This document shows positions 1 to 8,058 of a DNA stretch of 39,479 nt, in pieces; positions within the stretch are counted from its first letter, which is position 1; every line of letters starts with the position of its first letter. Position numbers and translations under genes: made by a program. The DNA is taken from assembly GCA_023228195.1 (NCBI GenBank), contig JALOBR010000002.1, forward strand, positions 1 to 39,479, written 5' to 3'. A model generated the notes under the pieces. It saw nothing but the letters and a program-made list of their open reading frames with translations. It did no database searches and had not been told where the DNA came from. This DNA is from Candidatus Omnitrophota bacterium. GTDB lineage: Bacteria > Omnitrophota > Gorgyraeia > Duberdicusellales > 4484-171.

Positions 1-1
1 A

Positions 2-334
2 CTGGGGGTTGATGTCCCGGTCGACGATACTAAAATAATTGCAAAGGTAATTGAAGAAGAAGCTTCGTATTCTGATTTTGTAAACCTTTTAAGTTTTAAG
101 CGCGGAAAGCTATCAATAGTTCGCGTAGACCTTCCGGAAGATTCCCCGGTAATAGGAAAGCTGGTCCAAGAAATTACCTGGCCAAAAAATTCCACGCTTG
201 TATCTATTCTAAGGGCCGATGAAGTTATCATACCAAAAGGCAACACTGTACTTAAGCCCGGAGACGATATAATTGCCTTAACGCTTATCGGTAACGAGCC
301 ATCGCTTTTAAGCCTTTTAGTGGGCAGATTGTAA
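2..334 (+). CDS. trkA: Trk/Ktr K+ uptake regulatory subunit, C-terminal fragment (TrkA-C/RCK_C domain); the 5' end lies outside the window
   Basis: Open frame from the window edge to TAA 332-334. It is absent from the ORF track because it has no start. Translation ...KLSIVRVDLPEDSPVIGKLVQEITWPKNSTLVSILRADEVIIPKGNTVLKPGDDIIALT... fits the TrkA-C pattern, and the fragment sits just upstream of trkH. Confidence 0.7.
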   Translation: MGVDVPVDDTKIIAKVIEEEASYSDFVNLLSFKRGKLSIVRVDLPEDSPVIGKLVQEITWPKNSTLVSILRADEVIIPKGNTVLKPGDDIIALTLIGNEPSLLSLLVGRL

Positions 335-607
335 TGCAAAGGTTTTGCAATCCGGCTGCCGGTATTTTTATAGCCATCATCAATTTATCCGCTTTCGCCC
401 TTTATTGGGATACTAATATCCGTGACGGGCTTCGGTGGATGCAACTAATATGAACATACTAGTTAGGTGTTTCATAAATGTTTAAAAAAGCAAATCTAAC
501 CAAGAAAATGATTCTTAATGCCATAGAAGGTATTTCTATTGAAATATTTTACGCATTGGCGATTATAGCAATAGCTTTTCTGGTATGCGTTATAATTATT
601 TACTAAG

Positions 608-2110
608 ATGGTTTTAAAACCGCATTTAGACGATTTCAAAATAATCGGTTATTATCTTGGAAAAATCACAATAGGCATCGGCCTTTTTATGCTGATACCT
701 ATTGTCTGCGCGCTTGGCTTTAAAGAAGTAGGCCCTGCTTTTGATTTTTTTATCGGTATAGGAGTGTCATTCCTTTGCGGATTTATACTTACCAAGATAT
801 GTTTTACCGATAAAGATTTGAATTGGATGCAGGGAATGATTGTTGTTTCTTTGTCCTGGCTGGTTGCAACAATAATTGGAGCAATACCTTTATATTTAAG
901 CGGGCACTTTAAATCTTACCTTGATGCTTGTTTCGATGCCATGTCGGGTTTCGCAACAACAGGTTTAGCCTTGATTCAGGATCTTGATCATCTTTCCTAT
1001 GCCCATAATCTTTGGCGGCATCTTATAATGTTCGTCGGCGGCCAGGGTATTGTTATCGTTGCCCTTTCTTTCTTTATGAAAGGACTTTCCGGGGCATTTA
1101 AAATGTATGTCGGCGAAGCGCGCGATGAAAGAGTACTCCCGAATGTTATTCACACTTCAAGGTTTATCTGGCTGGTTAGCATAGTTTTTCTTGTGCTGGG
1201 GACCCTTGCGCTTGGAATAACCGGGCTTTTAAACGGAATGAAAGTCCACAATGCTTTTTTTCACGGGGCATGTATTTTTATGACGGCTTTTGATACCGGC
1301 GGATTTGCCCCGCAATCGCAAAGCATCCTTTATTACCATAGCATGGCTTTTGAGATGATAACGGTAATAATTATGATTTTAGGCGCAATTAATTTCAAAT
1401 TGCATTATCATCTTTGGACCGGTAATTTTAAGGAATTATTCCGCAATATAGAATCGCGGACTTTTTTCGTTACGGTCACCATAATATTCATTATCGTTGC
1501 AATCGGGTTAGATAAAGTAGGCATTTATCAGCATACTTTAATTTTATTTCGAAAAGGTTTTTACCAGCTGATTTCAGGGCATACCGGAACAGGGTTTCAG
1601 ACTATATACGCAAAGCAATTCATAAATGGTTGGAACCAGCTTTCTTTAACCGGAATAATTTTAGCGATGGCTCTTGGAGGCGCGGTGTGTTCAACTACGG
1701 GTGCGATAAAGATGCTTCGTATCGGGATAATAATGAAAGCCGTAAAAGAGGATATAAGAAGAATAATGCTTCCGGAAAAAGCTATAGTCGTTCAAAGATT
1801 CCATCACATAAAAAACATTTTTCTTGATGACAAACAGGTGCGGGCAGCACTATTAATCAGCTTGTGTTACCTTTTACTTTATGCGGCCGGCGCGTTGATT
1901 GGTATGTTTTTGGGTTATCCTTTCGTTGCTTCATTATTTGAATCAACCTCTGCTGCGGCGAATGTCGGGCTTTCCTGCGGTATAACCAACGCAACCATGC
2001 CGGCATTTTTAAAAATTACCTATATGATACAGATGTGGGCGGGACGTCTTGAATTTATGTCCATATTTACATTGCTTGGATTTTTAATTGCGGCGATAAA
2101 GGGAAAATGA
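608..2110 (+). CDS. trkH: TrkH/KtrB-family K+ transporter membrane subunit
   Basis: 500-aa polytopic ORF with four glycine-containing pore-loop motifs (SGFATTG, DTGGF, GHTGTGF, AANVGLS). It is a neighbour of the trkA fragment. Confidence 0.85.
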   Translation: MVLKPHLDDFKIIGYYLGKITIGIGLFMLIPIVCALGFKEVGPAFDFFIGIGVSFLCGFILTKICFTDKDLNWMQGMIVVSLSWLVATIIGAIPLYLSGHFKSYLDACFDAMSGFATTGLALIQDLDHLSYAHNLWRHLIMFVGGQGIVIVALSFFMKGLSGAFKMYVGEARDERVLPNVIHTSRFIWLVSIVFLVLGTLALGITGLLNGMKVHNAFFHGACIFMTAFDTGGFAPQSQSILYYHSMAFEMITVIIMILGAINFKLHYHLWTGNFKELFRNIESRTFFVTVTIIFIIVAIGLDKVGIYQHTLILFRKGFYQLISGHTGTGFQTIYAKQFINGWNQLSLTGIILAMALGGAVCSTTGAIKMLRIGIIMKAVKEDIRRIMLPEKAIVVQRFHHIKNIFLDDKQVRAALLISLCYLLLYAAGALIGMFLGYPFVASLFESTSAAANVGLSCGITNATMPAFLKITYMIQMWAGRLEFMSIFTLLGFLIAAIKGK

Positions 2111-2643
2111 AAAATATAAAAAATTACGAATTAAGAATTAAGAATTGCAGAAAAAATAAAATAATTTTTCTTTTGTCTTTTTTATTTTGTCTTTGGTCTT
2201 TTGCGTGTTTCTCTGAGGCTGTCTCAAGCGCGGAACTTATAGCTTCCGCAAAGCAATATGATGGGAAAGAAATAGTTTACAGGGGCGAAGTTATCGGCGA
2301 TGTGATGATAAGAGGAAAATTCGCCTGGATAAATGTGAATGATACGAAAAACGCAATAGGGGTATGGCTGACCGCGGATTTAGCCAAAGAAGTTTCTTAT
2401 GCCGGAAGCTATAAAACAAAAGGCGATATTGTTGAGGTAAAAGGAAAATTTAACCGCGCCTGCCTTGAGCATGGAGGAGATTTGGACATACACGCAAATA
2501 GCCTGCAAATTATCGAAAAAGGTAAGAACGTAGCTGAAGTGATTTCACCGCGTAAAATTACAACGGCAATTGTGTTTTTTATAATTTGTTTGACATTAAC
2601 GGTTATTTATTTTATAAAATTAGGTTATGGAAATAAAAGTTAA
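2107..2643 (+). CDS. Hypothetical membrane-anchored protein (N-terminal signal/TM helix, central beta-rich possibly OB-like domain, C-terminal TM helix)
   Basis: ATGA overlap with the trkH stop. Hydrophobic N-terminus (IIFLLSFLFCLWSFACF) and C-terminus (TAIVFFIICLTLTVIYFI). No family recognised. Confidence 0.55.
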   Translation: MKNIKNYELRIKNCRKNKIIFLLSFLFCLWSFACFSEAVSSAELIASAKQYDGKEIVYRGEVIGDVMIRGKFAWINVNDTKNAIGVWLTADLAKEVSYAGSYKTKGDIVEVKGKFNRACLEHGGDLDIHANSLQIIEKGKNVAEVISPRKITTAIVFFIICLTLTVIYFIKLGYGNKS

Positions 2644-3658
2644 AAAACTCGAAGAGGAATTCGGGAAAGATTTATTGATTGCGCAGACCCCTTCTGATGT
2701 GGAAGCGCTAAGAATAAAATATCTTGGAAGAAAGGCTGAAATTAATCAGCTTTTCTCAATAGTTCCGTCTTTAAGCAAAGAAGCAAAGGGTGTCTGGGGC
2801 AAGAACCTGAACATTCTTAAAAATAAAATAACCTTTGCGCTTTCCGAAAAATCCAGGGGCTTGAATACAAAAGAAGAAAAAATCGATTTAACTTACCCGT
2901 CTGCCCGTTTAACCCGAGGAAGCCGTCATATTCTAAACGTGGTAAGTGAAGAAATCTGTTCGGTTTTTGAAAAGCTCGGGTTTACCGTGGTTGAGGGAAC
3001 CGAGATAGAAGATGAGTGGCATAATTTCAGCGCTTTAAATATACCGCTGGATCACCCTTCGCGCGATGCTTTTGATACCTTTTATCTGGACATACCGCAG
3101 CCTCAAGAAAAACATCGAGGAAAATTTTTGCTGCGTAGCCACACTTCACCATCACAAGCGCGGGTAATGAAGCTATCAAAGCCGCCCATCGCTGTAGTTT
3201 CTCCGGGAAGAGTATACCGGCCAGACAGCGTAGACGCTTCGCATTCATTTATGTTTCATCAGGTTGAAGGCTTTGCCGTAGATGAGAATATAAATTTTGC
3301 GCACCTAAAGGGCGTGCTTCTTAATTTCGCAAGATTGTTTTTTTCCCCGGATGTTAACTTGCGTCTTCGTCCGCACTTTTTCCCTTTTACTGAGCCTTCG
3401 GCAGAGGTAGACATCTCATGTTTTATTTGTAAAGGCAAACAGGAAAAATGCAGTCTTTGTAAAGGGAAAGGCTGGCTTGAAATACTCGGCTGCGGAATGA
3501 TTCATCCCGAAGTTCTTAAAAATTGCGGCATAGATCCAAAAAAATACAAAGGCTTTGCTTTCGGTATGGGGGTGGAGCGGCCCGCGATGCTTAAATACGG
3601 TATAAATGACATAAGGCTTTTTTATGAAAACGATGTTAAGTTCCTTGAGCAATTTTGA
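2627..3658 (+). CDS. pheS: Phenylalanine--tRNA ligase alpha subunit
   Basis: Class II aaRS signatures: FLLRSHTSPSQAR, VYRPD, FHQVEG, and motif 3 GFAFGMGVERPAMLKYGI. Confidence 0.93.
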   Translation: MEIKVKKLEEEFGKDLLIAQTPSDVEALRIKYLGRKAEINQLFSIVPSLSKEAKGVWGKNLNILKNKITFALSEKSRGLNTKEEKIDLTYPSARLTRGSRHILNVVSEEICSVFEKLGFTVVEGTEIEDEWHNFSALNIPLDHPSRDAFDTFYLDIPQPQEKHRGKFLLRSHTSPSQARVMKLSKPPIAVVSPGRVYRPDSVDASHSFMFHQVEGFAVDENINFAHLKGVLLNFARLFFSPDVNLRLRPHFFPFTEPSAEVDISCFICKGKQEKCSLCKGKGWLEILGCGMIHPEVLKNCGIDPKKYKGFAFGMGVERPAMLKYGINDIRLFYENDVKFLEQF

Positions 3659-3679
3659 GACGTAGGTAATTATATATAT

Positions 3680-3804
3680 GAAATTCCAAATCCCAATTTC
3701 CAAATTACAAACAAATTCCAATATTCCAAGCGGAACCTGTTTCGGTCATTGAAAATTGTAATTTGGTATTTATTTGGAATTTGTTGCTTAGTGCTTGGAA
3801 TTTC
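3680..3804. repeat. CCAA-rich / TTGG-rich long imperfect palindromic element, copy 1 (pheS-pheT spacer)
   Basis: The left arm GAAATTCCAAATCCCAATTTCCAAATTACAAACAAATTCCAATATTCCAAGC faces the right arm ...TTGTAATTTGGTATTTATTTGGAATTTGTTGCTTAGTGCTTGGAATTTC. The termini GAAATTCCAA/TTGGAATTTC are exact complements. Confidence 0.6.
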
Positions 3805-3808
3805 AAAT

Positions 3809-3849
3809 GTCTGTGCTTGTCTGTAATTTTACATCTGTGCTAATCTATG
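3809..3849 (+). promoter_or_regulatory. Array of four RTCTRTG direct repeats (starts 3809, 3819, 3833, 3843) just upstream of the pheT RBS
   Basis: GTCTGTG-ctt-GTCTGTA-attttac-ATCTGTG-cta-ATCTATG. It has the same 10-14-10 spacing as the array at 11079-11119. Confidence 0.45.
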
Positions 3850-3862
3850 TAGGAGCGAAGCG

Positions 3863-5845
3863 ATGAGATTTAGTTTAAATTTTGTAAAAGAACTGATAAA
3901 GGTTGATTTACCTGCTGAAGAGCTGGCGCAGCTTCTTACTATGGCAGGTATTGAAGTAGAGCATTTTGAAAAACAAGGAGAAGATTTTCTCTTTGATATC
4001 GAAATTACTTCCAACAGATACGATTGGCTTTCTATCGTAGGTATTGCGCGGGAAATTTCCGCCTGTCTAGGAGAGAGGTTTAGCATAAAATATCCCAAGA
4101 TTGTTAAGTCGCCGCTTATCAAAGACAAGCAGATAAAAATAGAATCTTCCGCAGACTGCCCATTTTATATAGCGCGCCGCATCCGCGGAGTAAAAGTGTC
4201 AATTTCCCCCGCGCATCTTAAGGAAAGAATTACAAACTGCAAAATAAATTCCATAAATAACGTCGTTGATATTACAAATTACTGCATGCTTAAATGGGGT
4301 AATCCTTTGCATTCCTTCGACGAAGATAAAATCGAGGGAAGCATCTATGTGCGTAGAGCCAGGGACGGCGAAAAATTTATCGGAATTGACGAGAAAGAAA
4401 GAATTTTAAATTCCGAAAATCTTGTCATTGCCGACGAAAAAAAAGTTATCGCGCTTGCCGGCGTAATGGGGGCAAAAAACACAGAAGTTACCGAAAAAAC
4501 AAAAAACGTTCTTTTAGAGGCAGCTATATTTTCCCCTCTTAGAATAAGGCATTCAAGGCGCTTTGCCGGAATAGATACAGATTCTTCTTATCGGTTTGAA
4601 AGGCAGGTATTTGCCGATTATCTTGAATATGCTTCGGCCCAGGCCAGCCAGTTAATTGCCGAAATTGCCGGCGCAGAATTCACGGGATACCTTGGGGCCG
4701 GGAAGAAGCCGCGCGTTACGGATAAAAAAATAACACTTGATCTCGATAAATTAAATGAATATCTCGGCGCAGAGTACCAAAAAAGCAAAGTAAAAAGCAT
4801 TCTTGTAAATCTAGGTTTCATTGTAAAAGAATCAGGGAAATTTAAGTTTCTACTTTCAGCGCCAAAGCACAGGTTCGATATAACAAGGGAAGTGGATGTT
4901 TACGAGGAAATTTCAAGAATTTACGGTTACGATAAAATCAAAGAACGTATTCCGGCAATTCCCCATAAGGTAGTTAAGAACGAAATTTATGAATTCAAGA
5001 AAGAACTAAGGCAGCAACTTTCCGTTTTAGGGTTGAGCGAAATAATTACATACAGTGTTGAGGCAGACGAAGACCTTGGCAAATTAGGCTGTAATAATTT
5101 AATAAAATTGGTAAACCCCTTAAGGGCGCAGGAAAATTCGTTGAGGCCGAGCCTTTCTTTAGGGCTAATTAAAACGGTTAGCTATAATTTGAACCGCAGC
5201 CGCGCTAATTTGCGTTTCTTTGAAATAGCAAATGTTTATTCCAGGCAGGCGAACGGTTTTTGCGAATTGCCTCATCTTTCAATAGGTCTTTGCGAAGAAG
5301 AAAAAGATTTGTTTTATCTTAAAGGAATTATAGAGGAAATTTTTAAGTTTCTTAATATAAATGATTTTGAATTCAAAGAAAAAAGCTTTTCTTTCTGCGC
5401 GAATGCCTTGGAAATTTTTGTAAATAAAAAATCCGCGGGGTTCTTGGGAAAACTTGATGAAAAAATCAAGAACGAATTCGGCCTCAAGAAAGAGTTATAT
5501 CTTTCCGAACTCGATATCGCTTCCCTTTGCGCCGCGAAAAAACTTAAATGCTATGCGCAAATAAGCCCGTATCCGGTTGTTTTCCGCGATATAAGCATAG
5601 CTATCCATAAAGATAAGCACTTTAGCGATGTCGAAAAAATAATAAAAGAAAAGGAAGAATACATCTGTGATTACAGAATAATAGATACTTATCAGGGAAA
5701 AGACTTAGAAAAAGATTTTTACGCTTTTTCGCTGCGCGTGTTCTACCAATCAAAAGAGCGTACCCTCACCTCAGAAGAAGTGGACCAGATTCATAATGCT
5801 ATAAGGGAACTTCTTAGCAAACAGGAAGGAATCAGGTTGAGATAG
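3863..5845 (+). CDS. pheT: Phenylalanine--tRNA ligase beta subunit (short form, 660 aa)
   Basis: AGGAG RBS 8 nt upstream. B1 N-terminus (MRFSLNFVKEL...MAGIEVE), B3/4 region (NNVVDITNYCMLKWGNPLHSFD), B5 region and a C-terminal FDX-ACB-like domain (YPVVFRDISIAI...). Confidence 0.9.
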   Translation: MRFSLNFVKELIKVDLPAEELAQLLTMAGIEVEHFEKQGEDFLFDIEITSNRYDWLSIVGIAREISACLGERFSIKYPKIVKSPLIKDKQIKIESSADCPFYIARRIRGVKVSISPAHLKERITNCKINSINNVVDITNYCMLKWGNPLHSFDEDKIEGSIYVRRARDGEKFIGIDEKERILNSENLVIADEKKVIALAGVMGAKNTEVTEKTKNVLLEAAIFSPLRIRHSRRFAGIDTDSSYRFERQVFADYLEYASAQASQLIAEIAGAEFTGYLGAGKKPRVTDKKITLDLDKLNEYLGAEYQKSKVKSILVNLGFIVKESGKFKFLLSAPKHRFDITREVDVYEEISRIYGYDKIKERIPAIPHKVVKNEIYEFKKELRQQLSVLGLSEIITYSVEADEDLGKLGCNNLIKLVNPLRAQENSLRPSLSLGLIKTVSYNLNRSRANLRFFEIANVYSRQANGFCELPHLSIGLCEEEKDLFYLKGIIEEIFKFLNINDFEFKEKSFSFCANALEIFVNKKSAGFLGKLDEKIKNEFGLKKELYLSELDIASLCAAKKLKCYAQISPYPVVFRDISIAIHKDKHFSDVEKIIKEKEEYICDYRIIDTYQGKDLEKDFYAFSLRVFYQSKERTLTSEEVDQIHNAIRELLSKQEGIRLR

Positions 5846-6011
5846 AAGTTGGGAGGGGTAAATACCCCGCTCGCTCCCTTAGGTCGCTCAGGGGTAAGTC
5901 CAACGAGACTTACGTTTTTTTAAGTCCTGACCGTCTTGATTGTCTACGAGGGCAGGCGCGGCGGGCGTGCGAAGAAAAAACGTGTAGTCGAATTGTCATT
6001 AGGAGGTATTT
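5846..6011 (+). promoter_or_regulatory. Conserved structured leader element, copy 1 (type A; RBS box AGTCGAATTGTCATTAGGAGG at 5986-6006)
   Basis: Shares the exact 23-mer TAGTCGAATTGTCATTAGGAGGT with copies at 16624-16646 and 29920-29942. CCAACGAGACT lies at 5900-5910. The ACGTTTTTT/AAAAAACGT stem flanks a long GC-rich insert. Confidence 0.6.
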
Positions 6012-6224
6012 ATGAAATACGAAAGGAAAGATAAATACACGAAACCCCTGACGCCCGCAGATGTTTTAAGTCTGGCACTTAAAAAAGAAGAGTCTTCTTG
6101 TGAATTTTATGATGATATGCTTAAAGTAACCGAAAGCGTCATATTAAAAAAGCTTTTAACTGAATTAAAAAATGCAGAATTAGGGCACATTCAGAAAATT
6201 AAAAACCGGATAGCTAAGCGTTAG
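6012..6224 (+). CDS. Small ferritin-like/rubrerythrin-like family protein (70 aa)
   Basis: Perfect AGGAGG RBS at 6001-6006. The helix pair ALKKEESSCEFYDDML...LKNAELGHIQKI resembles E..x..FY / E..H ferritin-like half-sites. Confidence 0.55.
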   Translation: MKYERKDKYTKPLTPADVLSLALKKEESSCEFYDDMLKVTESVILKKLLTELKNAELGHIQKIKNRIAKR

Positions 6225-6253
6225 GCCGCAGTTTATTCCCCGCGACACTAAAA

Positions 6254-6280
6254 CCCCGCCTCTTTAGGCCGGGGATTTAT
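6254..6280 (+). terminator. Terminator-like GC hairpin after the 70-aa ORF
   Basis: CCCCGCC-tcttta-GGCCGGGG, followed by ATTTAT. Confidence 0.4.
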
Positions 6281-6327
6281 GGAAGGCTTTATTCAATTCA
6301 ACTTCATCTAAAGTTAAGGAGAAAACA

Positions 6328-6978
6328 ATGGATGCCCATAAATCAAAATCATTACAAAACATTGAAGAGAAAATGCAGGATATGGACGAGAGTTCCTTGC
6401 GCTATCATATATTAGAAAGCGCGAAGAGCTTTAAGACATCATGGGTTTCGCTTGGCAGGGCGCTTTATAGTGTATGGAAGGATAAGCTTTATAAGGATTG
6501 GGGTTTTAATACGCTTGAAGGCTATACTTCCAAGGAAATCGGCATAAAAAAGCCAACCGCGATGAAGCTTTTAAGGAGTTATTATTTTTTAGAGAAAGAA
6601 GAGCCGCAATATCTCACCAAAGAATATGAAGAATCAGCGAACCCCGTCAGCGTACCTACTTATGAATCCGTTGACTTACTTAGAAAAGCGAAAAATAACA
6701 AAATTCTCGATAATCAGGACTATACAAATCTTAAAAAAGATATATTCGAAAAAGGAAGGGATACTCAGGCTGTAAAAAAAGATTTAACTACTTTGATAAG
6801 GCAGCGTAAAGAAATCGACCCTGAAGAGAGTCACGAAAAAGAACGCGCAGGCGTTGTGAAAAGATATTTAAATGTGCTTAAAAGCATGAAGAAAGAAATA
6901 GAAATTACCAAACTTCTGCCGCCCACACTGCTTAAAGAAACTGAAAGTTTGATAAATAAATTAGAAGAAGAAATTTGA
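6328..6978 (+). CDS. Hypothetical K/E-rich protein, possible DNA-binding (HTH-like YTSKEIGIKKPTAMKLL)
   Basis: AAGGAG RBS 7 nt upstream and a clean 216-aa ORF. No family recognised. Confidence 0.6.
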   Translation: MDAHKSKSLQNIEEKMQDMDESSLRYHILESAKSFKTSWVSLGRALYSVWKDKLYKDWGFNTLEGYTSKEIGIKKPTAMKLLRSYYFLEKEEPQYLTKEYEESANPVSVPTYESVDLLRKAKNNKILDNQDYTNLKKDIFEKGRDTQAVKKDLTTLIRQRKEIDPEESHEKERAGVVKRYLNVLKSMKKEIEITKLLPPTLLKETESLINKLEEEI

Positions 6979-7080
6979 CACGAATTGTCACGAATTTAGA
7001 ACAAATTTTCACGAATAAATTTATGGTAGATTTATTTTCCCATTCGTGGCAATTCGCCTTTAATCAGTGGATATTCGTGT

Positions 7081-8058
7081 TTAATCGGGCAGGCTATCTA
7101 TAAAGGTAAGCAATTCACTGTAACTGTTGACTTTACATATTGAGCCGCGCACTCTTGCCGAAGCTTCGAAGTCTCTAAGATACCACAGGGAAATTTTTCT
7201 CATAAAACCAACCCTTATCGAATCTTTTACTTCCTTATATTTTTCTAAAAGGCTAAGGTGCTTTTTAAGCGTTGCTTTTCTCATTTCCATACTTACCGTA
7301 GCTACGGCTTTACCTTCCATATAGTTGGCAATGTCTTTAAGCATCCAGGGCCTTCCCAGCGCACCTCTTGCAACAATAATTCCGTCGCAACCGGTTTCAT
7401 CAAACATTTTTTTCGCTAAGTGCGGCGTCAATATATTGCCGCTGCCAAACACAGGTATATTTACTGCTTCTTTCACTGCTTTTATTAAATTGTAGTCAAC
7501 ATCCCCGCTGTACATTTGAGTTTTAGTTCTTCCGTGGACGAAAAGAGCAGAAGCTCCGCTGCCTTCGCATAATTTCGCCAGCTCTGTTATTTGTTTTTTA
7601 TCTTTCTCCAGATAGCCTATCCTGATTTTCGCTGTTACCGGGACAGGAAGTCCGCTTGAAAGTTTTTTTATGAGTTTTGATAAAATATCAATGTCATTTA
7701 ATAAATAGGCACCGCATTTTTTCTTAACCACTTTTCTCACCGGGCAGGCACAATTGATATCCAAAAAAGAAATGTTGACCAAGTCTATGAGCTGATGTGC
7801 GGCTTCCAGCATTTTTTCCGGATCCCTTCCTAATAGTTGTCCGGCAATAGGCGTGTCTTCTTCGGTTGTTTTAATGAGCCTTAAGCTGCGAATGCGGCTA
7901 TAGATGAGAGAGTTGGCATCCAGCATTTCAAAAAAACAAAATTTAGCGCCATATTCGCGGCAAATAAGCCGAAAAGCGAGGTCGGAGCACCCCGCCAAAG
8001 GCGCCAAAAAGACATTGGTATTTATGGTTTTTGAGCCGATTTTTATCATATTTTGCAT
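7081..8058 (-). CDS. dus: tRNA-dihydrouridine synthase (Dus family, DusB-like)
   Basis: FLAPLAGCSDLAFR, DINCACPVRKVVKKKCGA, VHGRT and ARGALGRPW motifs. The start was moved to Met51 of the tracked ORF (MQNMIKIGSK...), because Dus proteins begin about there and the upstream 150 nt is a GC-rich non-homologous stretch. Confidence 0.85.
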   Translation of the reverse strand: MQNMIKIGSKTINTNVFLAPLAGCSDLAFRLICREYGAKFCFFEMLDANSLIYSRIRSLRLIKTTEEDTPIAGQLLGRDPEKMLEAAHQLIDLVNISFLDINCACPVRKVVKKKCGAYLLNDIDILSKLIKKLSSGLPVPVTAKIRIGYLEKDKKQITELAKLCEGSGASALFVHGRTKTQMYSGDVDYNLIKAVKEAVNIPVFGSGNILTPHLAKKMFDETGCDGIIVARGALGRPWMLKDIANYMEGKAVATVSMEMRKATLKKHLSLLEKYKEVKDSIRVGFMRKISLWYLRDFEASARVRGSICKVNSYSELLTFIDSLPD

